DNA from: Tubiluchus corallicola | Lineage: Eukaryota; Animalia; Priapulida | Length of the DNA stretch: 30,568 bases | Assembly: GCA_030141605.1 (NCBI GenBank) | Contig: JAQGDQ010002456.1 | Coordinates: forward strand, 1 to 30,568 | Reading direction: 5' to 3' | In this document: piece by piece, positions 8,178 through 16,498 of the stretch | Position numbering within the stretch: position 1 is the first letter of the stretch | Layout of the letters: each line of letters begins with the position of its first letter | Program-made: the position numbers and the translations under genes | The notes under the pieces: generated by a model | Database searches by the model: none | Told to the model about the DNA's origin: nothing | What the model saw: only the letters and a program-made list of their open reading frames with translations

Positions 8178-9806
8178 GTGGAAAAGCTAAGCGTTCTAAT
8201 AACGGACAATTTATCCGGTGAGGGCATCGAGCTTCTGGAAAGAGAAGGAATAGAAACTGTGACGAAGCTCGGATTATCTGAAGCAGATTTGCAAGAGGAG
8301 ATAGGCTTGCATGACGCTATAATCACCAGAAGCGGCACCACGATTACTGCTCAAACACTGGAAAATAGCGGCAAGCTAAAGGTCATAGGCAGAGCGGGCG
8401 TTGGTCTTGACAATGTGGATATTGAAACCGCCAGCAAAAAAGGGGTGGTCGTGATGAATGCGCCCACGGGCAATACCATGGCAGCCGTTGAGCTCACCAT
8501 GGCATTAATGCTCGCAGCCGCGAGAAAAGTGCCCCTTGCAAATAGCTCCCTCAAGGGTAAAAAATGGGAAAGGAAACATTTTTTAGGAAAACAGCTCCAC
8601 AAAAAGACGTTGGGCGTCATCGGCTTGGGAAGAATTGGGGGCAATGTTGCCTCAAGAGCGAAATCATTTGAGATGAACATCATAGGGTATGACGCGTACA
8701 TACAGAAAGCCAAAGCGGAAAGTATGGGCATAACCTTAAAGAATAGCATAGAGGAAGTGGTCAAAGAATGCGACGTACTCACGGTGCACACTCCGTTGAC
8801 CGACGAGACCATAAATATGATCTCTGAAGAACACTTTGCAATGATGAAAGATGGCATCATAATCGTAAACTGTGCCAGAGGAGGCGTTGTAAATGAGGAC
8901 GCCCTGTATCATCACGCAAAGTCCGGCAAAGTTTTTGCAGCTGGACTAGATGTTTTCGTAGATGAACCCCCCTTTGAAAGTCCCTTGCTGGAACTTGACA
9001 ACGTGGTCACAACTCCACACATAGGAGCAAGCACCATGGAAGGACAAGCAAATGTCGCTCTCCTCATTGCAGAACAGGTGGCAAATTTTTTAAAGGGAAG
9101 AGAATACCTAAACGCTGTAAATGTGCCATTTGTGCAAGCAAGTCTGTCAGACAACCTTAAGCCGTATTTCGGTCTGGCAGAATCCATGGGTAAAATGATG
9201 GCGCAAATGGTGGATGGAAGAATCGAAGAGGTCAGAATAAGTATGGTGGGCCAAAAGTTTGAAAAAAACATGTACGAAAAGAAATTCGATACGCCCTACT
9301 CCTACCAGCCATTCACGTTGGCAACTCTCAAAGGCATACTCTCTCACCACATAAAGGATGCGTTAAGCTACATAAGCATCCCCTACATTGCAGCTGATAG
9401 GGGTATTAAAGTTTCTGAAATTAAGCAAAAAGCCTATAGCAGATATGAAGATCTGATAGTCATAGAGGTCAAGACAGATAAAGAGTGTAGAACAATAGGC
9501 GGTACCTCATTTCCGGAGTTGAATAACCAACCGAGGATATTAATATTTGACGAGTTTCACCTGAACATGGGAATTCACAGCACAATCCTCTACTTCAGAA
9601 ACCTAGACAGGCCTGGCGTTGTAGGACAAGTCGGCACTATACTGGGCAAAGCAAACATAAACATCGCCGACTTCGAACTGTCACGACTAAAAAGCGGCAC
9701 CGCTGCATGCTTCGTCTCTGTAGATAATCCGGTATCAAAAGACGTCACAGATGCGTTAATGCAGATAGACGGGATGATTGAAGTAAAAGTAGTCAACTTT
9801 AAATAA
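8178..9806 (+). CDS. serA: D-3-phosphoglycerate dehydrogenase (long form with ASB and ACT domains)
   Basis: GRAGVGLDNVD, GLGRIG, NCARGG, TPHIGAST, C-terminal NLDRPGVVG..G.ILG..NINIA. Likely GTG start at 8175 or 8178 after GAGGG. Confidence 0.97.
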   Translation: MEKLSVLITDNLSGEGIELLEREGIETVTKLGLSEADLQEEIGLHDAIITRSGTTITAQTLENSGKLKVIGRAGVGLDNVDIETASKKGVVVMNAPTGNTMAAVELTMALMLAAARKVPLANSSLKGKKWERKHFLGKQLHKKTLGVIGLGRIGGNVASRAKSFEMNIIGYDAYIQKAKAESMGITLKNSIEEVVKECDVLTVHTPLTDETINMISEEHFAMMKDGIIIVNCARGGVVNEDALYHHAKSGKVFAAGLDVFVDEPPFESPLLELDNVVTTPHIGASTMEGQANVALLIAEQVANFLKGREYLNAVNVPFVQASLSDNLKPYFGLAESMGKMMAQMVDGRIEEVRISMVGQKFEKNMYEKKFDTPYSYQPFTLATLKGILSHHIKDALSYISIPYIAADRGIKVSEIKQKAYSRYEDLIVIEVKTDKECRTIGGTSFPELNNQPRILIFDEFHLNMGIHSTILYFRNLDRPGVVGQVGTILGKANINIADFELSRLKSGTAACFVSVDNPVSKDVTDALMQIDGMIEVKVVNFK

Positions 9807-9845
9807 GCCATTACAACAAACCATAAAGATCACTATCATAACCTG

Positions 9846-9877
9846 AAAAAAAGATGGGAGAGCCGTTGCTCTCCCGT
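9846..9877 (-). terminator. Intrinsic terminator, minus strand
   Basis: Minus strand reads GGGAGAGC-AACG-GCTCTCCC-ATC-TTTTTTT: 8-bp GC-rich stem plus U7. Confidence 0.85.
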
Positions 9878-9920
9878 GAGGCAAATCTCCTCTTAAATTA
9901 CGCATAGTGTTATAAGGTTG
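9846..9920 (-). ncRNA. Candidate sigma54-dependent small RNA (~74 nt)
   Basis: Bounded by a -24/-12 promoter (9946-9931) and the terminator. AU-rich 5' part, small hairpin GAGG-AGAUUUG-CCUC, no complete ORF inside. Confidence 0.6.
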
Positions 9921-9930
9921 CTTACAGTCT

Positions 9931-9946
9931 TGCAAGATTCATACCA
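9931..9946 (-). promoter_or_regulatory. Sigma54 (RpoN) -24/-12 promoter
   Basis: Minus strand TGGTATGAATCTTGCA matches TGGYAY-N5-TTGCW with exact GG-N10-GC spacing. Confidence 0.75.
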
Positions 9947-9969
9947 ATTTATAAAAACACATAGACATA

Positions 9970-10049
9970 TTGTGAATATTCACTTTCACAAATAGTACCG
10001 GTGTATATAATTGTATCTTCTGTAACGTTATGGTGTATCACATTTACAC
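9970..10049. promoter_or_regulatory. Cluster of dyad and direct-repeat sites upstream of the sigma54 promoter (candidate enhancer)
   Basis: TTGTGAA-N8-TTCACAA (9970-9991) containing GTGAATATTCAC; GGTGTAT at 10000 and 10032; GTGTA-N7-TACAC at 10033-10049. Confidence 0.4.
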
Positions 10050-10050
10050 A

Positions 10051-10977
10051 TTATTTTTTAAACCTGACTCTCATTATGATGAAGCAACCTGCGATCAATA
10101 TAATTCCAGATATTATAAGTGCTGGCGTAAACTGTTCTCCGAATATGATAGCGGAGAAGCAAACCACGACGAATGGTATTAACAATTGGCTAGTGTTTGC
10201 TGCTATGACGCCGAGTTTTGATATAACGTAGTATATCAGGCAATGCGCAAGCCCTATGCACAATGCCCCGGATACTACCAGCACGACCCAAGCAAGGGGT
10301 GGGGCTTTGGGGATAAGCGGCATTCCGGATATCATGTATGCTATTATGTATGCAACACACACCACGCTAAACATCGCAGGGGTAAAGAGTAGTGAAGAAT
10401 AGTTTGAAAACCAGAGCTTCACCATTACGGAGAGAGAAGCCCAGACAAATGCGGAAAATGTCATAATGGCAACACCTATCAGCAGTTGCTCTCCTTCCAC
10501 GCCGTCCACTCCCTGCTTTATCAGGATAGTAGCAACAGCTCCAAAAAAGGCCAAGGCCAACCCTAGGATAAATTTCCAGGAAAATATCATCCATCTTTCA
10601 TCCCGAAACAGTACGATAGCTATCCCCACAGCAAAGAGGGCTTGGGATTGGTATATAATTCCCGCAAAGCCGGGTTCAAGGTAATAATAGCCCAAGGTAA
10701 ATGTCCCCTGGAATATGAAACTCCAAACACACACTATCAGAAATTTCCACCACACCTCTTTCAGTTCCAGCAATCCGAGAAACGTCCTTTTTCTTCCCAT
10801 CATATAAAACGTCAAGGGCCACAAAAAGGCTAAAGCAAAGATATACCTCACAGGCACCTGATACATTACAGAATAGTGCTTGCTCAGATAGTGGATCATG
10901 ATAGGGGCAGCACCCCACAATACAATAATCAATCCTAGCGATGCTAAAGGGCGTGTTTCATGAAAAGTCCCTTTCAT
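10051..10977 (-). CDS. EamA/DMT-family transporter
   Basis: About 10 hydrophobic segments, LWG near the N-terminus, LFRDER and IIFGEQF..G half-repeats. Start uncertain: in-frame ATG 10977, or ATG 10961 (after AAGGGA; MKHAL..) if one T is missing near 10946. Confidence 0.9.
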   Translation of the reverse strand: MKGTFHETRPLASLGLIIVLWGAAPIMIHYLSKHYSVMYQVPVRYIFALAFLWPLTFYMMGRKRTFLGLLELKEVWWKFLIVCVWSFIFQGTFTLGYYYLEPGFAGIIYQSQALFAVGIAIVLFRDERWMIFSWKFILGLALAFFGAVATILIKQGVDGVEGEQLLIGVAIMTFSAFVWASLSVMVKLWFSNYSSLLFTPAMFSVVCVAYIIAYMISGMPLIPKAPPLAWVVLVVSGALCIGLAHCLIYYVISKLGVIAANTSQLLIPFVVVCFSAIIFGEQFTPALIISGIILIAGCFIIMRVRFKK

Positions 10978-11091
10978 TAAAAAAAATAACTGAATTGGTA
11001 TGTATAACACACATTGAGAACAATTGATAATGATTAAATTATGGCAAATCTTTAGGCGTATTTAGGAAAACATTCCCAGACATAAAGCTTC

Positions 11092-11120
11092 TTGCGGTAA
11101 TGCGGCAAGTTATGTATAAT
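11092..11120 (+). promoter_or_regulatory. Sigma70 promoter of uvrB
   Basis: TTGCGG-N17-TATAAT, ending 8 nt before the uvrB ATG. Confidence 0.7.
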
Positions 11121-11128
11121 CGTTCGTT

Positions 11129-13093
11129 ATGGAATTCAAGCTTTCAAGCGAGTATCTGCCCAAAGGCGATCAGGTGGGTGCTATTCAGTCTATTACGAGC
11201 AATTTTCTTCAAGGAGTGGATCGTCAGGTTCTTTTGGGTGTTACCGGCTCGGGCAAAACGTTCACGATGGCAAATGTGATACAAAATCTGAATGTGCCGA
11301 CACTGATAATTGCCCACAACAAGACTCTTGCTGCTCAACTCTTTGGCGAATTCTGCAAATTTTTTCCGGAAAATATGGTGGAGTACTTCGTCAGTTACTA
11401 CGATTATTATCAACCGGAAGCTTATGTCCCGTCAAAAGACCTGTACATAGAGAAGGACTCAAGCATCAATAACGATATCGACAGAATGAGACACAGAGCA
11501 ACCCGAAGCCTACTAGAGAGGAGAGATGTCGTCATAGTCTCTTCCGTATCCTGCATATATGGTCTTGGATCGCCTGAAGCCTACTACGGTAAGCTTGTCA
11601 GTCTCGAAGTTGGCGAGGAAGTGCCGTTCGATCAGGTTCTTGAAAAGCTCGTATCAATTAAGTACGAAAGGAATGAAATAGATTTTCACAGGGGAAAGTA
11701 TAGAGTCAAGGGTGATACCATAGAGGTTTTTCCTTCTCATGAAGACAGCCTAGCCTATAGGATGGAGTTTTATGGAAATGAAGTTGACCGCCTCTCGGAG
11801 TTTGATCCCATAACGGGGAAGACGGTCAATGTCCGCAATAAGTTGGCTATCTACCCAAACACTCACTATGTCACCCCCACAAAGACCATCCCCCAAGCTT
11901 TGAAACAGATTAAAGAAGACTTACATGTGAGATGTTCCGAGCTCCTTTCATTAAACAAGCTCGTAGAGGAGCAGCGCCTCACTCAACGCACGATGTACGA
12001 CATAGAGATGATCAGGGAAACCGGCTATTGCTCAGGCATTGAGAACTATAGCAGGATTTTTGAAAACAGAGAGGTGGGAGCACCACCACCTACCCTCCTG
12101 TCTTATCTTCCGAAGGATGCTCTTGTTATTGTGGATGAGTCTCATATGACTTTGCCCCAGGTAAGGGGTATGTACAAGGGGGATCGTTCACGAAAAAGCA
12201 CCCTTGTGGAGTTCGGTTTTCGTCTTCCTTGCGCCCTTGATAACAGACCTTTGCGCTTTGACGAATTTAATGAGAGAGCAGGAAGGATACTGTATGTGTC
12301 CGCAACTCCGGATGAGTATGAGATAGATGATTCTTCAGGCGTTGTGGCAGAACAGGTAATCAGACCAACAGGACTGATCGATCCTCCGATAGAGGTTCGA
12401 CCGGCTAGAACCCAGGTTGATAACCTGTTGTCCGAAATAGACAACGTCACCAAAAAAGGCGGGAAAGTCCTCGTCACCACACTTACCAAGAGGATGGCAG
12501 AAGAGCTCACTTCATATTATGCCGGTGCAGACATAAGGGTGAAGTATATGCATTCCGGCGTGGATGTTATCGACAGGATAAAGCTCATAAGGGACCTCAG
12601 GCAGGATAAGTATGATGTGTTGGTGGGGATCAATTTACTCAGGGAAGGTCTGGATATTCCGGAAGTTTCCCTTGTGGCTGTTTTGGATGCGGATAAAGAG
12701 GGTTTTTTGCGATCGGCAAAGTCTCTTATACAGACGGTCGGCAGAGGAGCCAGAAACATAGAGGGTCGAGCAATATTTTATGGAGACAACATTACAAACT
12801 CCATGCAAAAAGCTCTGGATGAGACCGCAAGGCGAAGAAAGAAGCAGTTAAAGTACAACGAAGAGAACAACATCACGCCAGAAACTGTGAAGAATACCAT
12901 GCATAATATACTTGAAAGTATCTATGAAAAGGACTATATGTTAGTTGAGGCGGATGACGAATTTACGTTGACCGGCAATACCGAAAACGATATAAAATCT
13001 ATTGAAAAGGAGATGAACTTGGCAGCAAAACAGAGGGACTACGAACGGGCGGCTAAGTTGCGGGATATGTTGTTTGAGTTGAGCTCCAAATAG
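11129..13093 (+). CDS. uvrB: Excinuclease ABC subunit B
   Basis: GVTGSGKT, YFVSYYDYYQPEAY, DESH, GINLLREGLD, DADKEGFLRS, C-terminal UVR motif YERAAKLRD. Confidence 0.99.
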   Translation: MEFKLSSEYLPKGDQVGAIQSITSNFLQGVDRQVLLGVTGSGKTFTMANVIQNLNVPTLIIAHNKTLAAQLFGEFCKFFPENMVEYFVSYYDYYQPEAYVPSKDLYIEKDSSINNDIDRMRHRATRSLLERRDVVIVSSVSCIYGLGSPEAYYGKLVSLEVGEEVPFDQVLEKLVSIKYERNEIDFHRGKYRVKGDTIEVFPSHEDSLAYRMEFYGNEVDRLSEFDPITGKTVNVRNKLAIYPNTHYVTPTKTIPQALKQIKEDLHVRCSELLSLNKLVEEQRLTQRTMYDIEMIRETGYCSGIENYSRIFENREVGAPPPTLLSYLPKDALVIVDESHMTLPQVRGMYKGDRSRKSTLVEFGFRLPCALDNRPLRFDEFNERAGRILYVSATPDEYEIDDSSGVVAEQVIRPTGLIDPPIEVRPARTQVDNLLSEIDNVTKKGGKVLVTTLTKRMAEELTSYYAGADIRVKYMHSGVDVIDRIKLIRDLRQDKYDVLVGINLLREGLDIPEVSLVAVLDADKEGFLRSAKSLIQTVGRGARNIEGRAIFYGDNITNSMQKALDETARRRKKQLKYNEENNITPETVKNTMHNILESIYEKDYMLVEADDEFTLTGNTENDIKSIEKEMNLAAKQRDYERAAKLRDMLFELSSK

Positions 13094-13095
13094 TA

Positions 13096-13200
13096 ATGTC
13101 GCAAGACTGCTCCTTCTGCCCGCTTAAGTTTTTGCGCCCGAGCCGCCTTCTGGCTGGAGATGCCTTCAAATATGTTTGCTTCACGCTAAAATGTTCTTAG
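13096..13200 (+). CDS. Possible 34-aa Cys-rich small protein
   Basis: MSQDCSFCPLKFLRPSRLLAGDAFKYVCFTLKCS fills the uvrB-PBP1A gap. No clear Shine-Dalgarno sequence. Confidence 0.2.
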   Translation: MSQDCSFCPLKFLRPSRLLAGDAFKYVCFTLKCS

Positions 13201-13208
13201 GAAGATAA

Positions 13209-15539
13209 ATGGATAAAAATATCAGATCTCTGTTAATCAAGATAACAAAATATGTGGTTTTGCCCATTACCGCGGTGGTGGTGTTGGCTGTGGCCTCTGT
13301 GGGTGCATATTTATGGAAGCTCAACAGTGAGCTCCCTTCCGTTGATGAAATACAAAACTTTAAATACAAACAGCCTACAATCATCTACGATTCTGACCTC
13401 AATGTTCTTGCGGAACTGGGGGAAGAGCGCAGATATCCGGTGTCGTTTGAGAATGTGCCGAAGGCCTTGATCGACGGTATTGTGGCAACGGAAGACTCGA
13501 GGTTTTACGATCACACGGGGATAGATATGTTGGGCATCATAAGGGCTATGGTCGTCAATGTAAGGGCTGGAAGGATCGTGGAAGGGGCTTCCACCATTAC
13601 CCAACAGGTTGCAAGGAATATATACTTAAGCCCCGAAAAGAGATACAAAAGAAAGATCAAGGAGATGCTGCTGGCTTACAAGATAGACAAAGCTCTCACA
13701 AAGGAAGAGGTCCTTGAGCTTTATATGAACCTTGTGAATTTTGGTCGAGGAGCCTACGGGGTAAAGGCTGCCGCATTTAACTATTTTGGCAAAGATCTGT
13801 CAGAGCTTACGATACCCGAATGTGCGCTAATTGCTGGAATGCCCAAAGCTCCCTCCTCCATAGCCCCTCACATCAATCCCGGAGCCGCTCTCAATAGGAG
13901 GAATGCGGTACTTTTTCGGATGATGGAAGTAAACTATATAACAACAAACCAATACCACGAGCTAAAGAATGAGACCATCGCAATAATCGACAAAATTGTA
14001 CCTAAATCCCTCCACGCGGACTACTTCAGGGATTACGTCATAAACTACATCAAAACCGATCCAGACCTTGACGCGGATGAAATCCTAAACAAAGGATATC
14101 GCATACACACCACCCTAAAGCTCAACTATCAACTCAATGCTGAGATGGTATTAAAGAGGGGTTTAGTAAATTTTTCCCGCAATCACGGTTACTCAGGGCC
14201 CAAGGACACCTTTGTTCCCACTATTGCCGACGAGGTTGATGAAGAGGAAAGGCTCGAAAAGCTTTTAGAAGTTCCGGCTTATCTTCGCTCAAACGGCTTC
14301 TACTCCGGTCTTGTTTTGAGTGTTGACAAGAAAGAGGTAGTTGCCCTGGTTGAAGAGAATGAAGTACGCCTTGACCTCAAGGATCACGCTTGGGCATATC
14401 ATGCAAATCTGCAACATGGTACAAAGCTCACCGACTTCAGGATAATTCTGAAGGAGAACGACATCATATATGTAGTAAAGGAATCGCGCAAGGACGGCAG
14501 TGCTTGGCGTCTCGTTCAGGAGCCCCAAATGGAAGGAGCTCTCCTCTCGATGGAGCCGGATACGGGAGCTATTCTTGCCGTAGTTGGGGGGTTTGCTTAT
14601 GAACGTTCTATGTTCAACAGAGCTTCCCAGATGAGGAGACAACCGGGTAGTTTGTTCAAGCCATTCGTATACGCATCAGCTCTGGAAGCGGGCTTTGCCC
14701 CCATGACGATTATAGAGGATAAACCCATAATAATTAGGGAAACCGATGACGAAGGGAATGACAAACTTTATAAACCAAAAAACATCTCCGGTGTATTCTA
14801 CGGTGACTTGACCATAAAGGCAGCGCTTGCCAGATCCATAAATGTCCTGATCATGCGTGTGGCGCAGATGATAGGAATACCCAGAATACTCAACATAAGC
14901 GAGCGTTTTGGTCTCGATAGAGAACAGCTGCCGGATGATCTTACTGTCGCCTTGGGTTCTGGTTCGGTCTCGTTGGAAGAGATGGTTTACGGCTTCAGTT
15001 CATTTGCCAACTTGGGAACGCGACAGGAACCATATTTCATAACTAGAATAGATGATGTGAATGGCGAAACGGTCTATGAGTTTGAGCCATCCGAGCCTAT
15101 CCGAGTGATTGCACCGGAAACAGCCCATGTTATGAACGACCTTCTCGTAAACGTCATAAAAAATGGTACAGGCAAAAGAGCCAAAGTGACCGGACGAGTA
15201 ACGGGTGGCAAAACTGGAACTTCAAATGACAATAAAGACGCTTGGTTCATAGGTTATTATCCCGACATCGTTACCGGCATTTGGATCGGTTTTGATGATT
15301 TTTCAAAATCTTTGGGTCTAAGCGGCACAGGCAGCGGAGCAGCTCTGCCCATATGGGTTCAGTACAAACTTGCAATCGCAAGCTATCTGCCGTTTGAGCT
15401 TTTTCCCGTGAGTGAATCAAACGTTAGATATTATAAAGTAGATGTAGAGAGTAAACAGATCTCCGACGGCATCACGAGTGATTACACATTTGAACCGTAT
15501 ATCCTAGACAGCAACAACAATCCTAGACAAAGACAGTAA
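13209..15539 (+). CDS. mrcA: Class A penicillin-binding protein (PBP1A family)
   Basis: N-terminal TM segment; transglycosylase motifs EDSRFYDH, GASTITQQ, RKIKE; transpeptidase motifs SLFK, SIN, KTG. Confidence 0.95.
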   Translation: MDKNIRSLLIKITKYVVLPITAVVVLAVASVGAYLWKLNSELPSVDEIQNFKYKQPTIIYDSDLNVLAELGEERRYPVSFENVPKALIDGIVATEDSRFYDHTGIDMLGIIRAMVVNVRAGRIVEGASTITQQVARNIYLSPEKRYKRKIKEMLLAYKIDKALTKEEVLELYMNLVNFGRGAYGVKAAAFNYFGKDLSELTIPECALIAGMPKAPSSIAPHINPGAALNRRNAVLFRMMEVNYITTNQYHELKNETIAIIDKIVPKSLHADYFRDYVINYIKTDPDLDADEILNKGYRIHTTLKLNYQLNAEMVLKRGLVNFSRNHGYSGPKDTFVPTIADEVDEEERLEKLLEVPAYLRSNGFYSGLVLSVDKKEVVALVEENEVRLDLKDHAWAYHANLQHGTKLTDFRIILKENDIIYVVKESRKDGSAWRLVQEPQMEGALLSMEPDTGAILAVVGGFAYERSMFNRASQMRRQPGSLFKPFVYASALEAGFAPMTIIEDKPIIIRETDDEGNDKLYKPKNISGVFYGDLTIKAALARSINVLIMRVAQMIGIPRILNISERFGLDREQLPDDLTVALGSGSVSLEEMVYGFSSFANLGTRQEPYFITRIDDVNGETVYEFEPSEPIRVIAPETAHVMNDLLVNVIKNGTGKRAKVTGRVTGGKTGTSNDNKDAWFIGYYPDIVTGIWIGFDDFSKSLGLSGTGSGAALPIWVQYKLAIASYLPFELFPVSESNVRYYKVDVESKQISDGITSDYTFEPYILDSNNNPRQRQ

Positions 15540-15553
15540 AGTATGGGAGAAAC

Positions 15554-16498
15554 GTGGAAGAGATATTCCCAAGCGTAGAGATAGATTTTTTTGCAAAGGT
15601 AATCAATGTCAATACCTACGGGGAGCATATTCTTCACGAGATAGGAAGCTACTACAAATCAAACCCTTCCCGGCTGCTTCTGGAAGCTATACAAAACAAT
15701 AAGAAAACGATAAAAACATCATCCGGCGAGTATGGTCTAAAGGTAATAAGCCATGAAAACCACCACAACGTCATAATGATCCCCCTCATGGAGTATATCG
15801 GTAACATCGACGATCATCTTGACATCAGTTCCTTTAAGCACGAGTTGAGCAACCCTCTCACGGTAATATTGGGCACATCTCAGATCTTGAAGCGAAAGTC
15901 CGACTGTGACTACACAATCAAATGCGCAGACGTACTGCAGGCAGAATGCCGCAGGATCACCAGGATATTAGAAAACATGAGCTTTTTAAGCGATATACGG
16001 ATCGAACCTTCGGCATTTAGCTTTGCAAGCCTGATAAATGAGGTGTACGATGCGATCAAGGTGCTGTGGCAAGAACCTGAAATCAGGATAAGTATCGACC
16101 CTGCAATGACAGAGATGGTTGCAGACAAAGAGATGTTGTATATTGCAATATTTAACATAGTAAAGAATGCTTGCCAGGCAAAACAGCAAGTGATCATAAA
16201 TATTTCAGCATCGATAGATTCGAGCATAAAATATCACTTTAGAGAAACCGGAGAAAATGTTGCCCTGTATAAAATCTCCATATCAGACAATGCCGGCGGC
16301 ATTGACAAGGGCATTTTGGATAAGCTTTTCACCCCTTTTGTCTCCACAAAGAAGGGCGGAAGCGGCTTGGGTCTGGTTATAAGTAAGGGGATAGTGGAGA
16401 AACATGGCGGCAGGTTGGATGTTATCTCAAACTTTGCAGGTGGCGCTCAATTTAACATACTCATACCGTGCATTCATCGCCCTTGTGATGACGAATAG
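15554..16498 (+). CDS. Cytoplasmic sensor histidine kinase, NtrB-like, with no adjacent response regulator
   Basis: H-box HELSNPL, N-box NIVKNA, DNAGGI, FTPFVSTKKGGSGLGL. No TM segment. Start is GTG 15554, or ATG 15543 if one A is missing. Confidence 0.9.
   Translation: MEEIFPSVEIDFFAKVINVNTYGEHILHEIGSYYKSNPSRLLLEAIQNNKKTIKTSSGEYGLKVISHENHHNVIMIPLMEYIGNIDDHLDISSFKHELSNPLTVILGTSQILKRKSDCDYTIKCADVLQAECRRITRILENMSFLSDIRIEPSAFSFASLINEVYDAIKVLWQEPEIRISIDPAMTEMVADKEMLYIAIFNIVKNACQAKQQVIINISASIDSSIKYHFRETGENVALYKISISDNAGGIDKGILDKLFTPFVSTKKGGSGLGLVISKGIVEKHGGRLDVISNFAGGAQFNILIPCIHRPCDDE

Noticed and set aside
9756-9905. 49-aa minus-strand ORF (MRNLRGDLPHG...) under the sigma54 promoter
   Set aside because: No SD, it reads through a strong terminator, and it overlaps the serA 3' end antisense.
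9970-9991. Rex or CRP site
   Set aside because: Half-sites match Rex (TTGTGAA/TTCACAA) but the spacer is 8 rather than 4; TGTGA-TCACA spacing is 10 rather than the CRP 6.
13094-13180. SRP RNA or other known ncRNA on the minus strand (..GAAGGAGCAG..)
   Set aside because: Lacks the CAGG-stem-GNRA-stem-AGCAG arrangement and a long closing helix.
13930-14140. C/A-rich patch inside PBP1A, and similar local skew at the cinA 3' end
   Set aside because: Reading frames and domains run through without a break and there are no boundary repeats, so I cannot support an insertion or recombination tract by eye.
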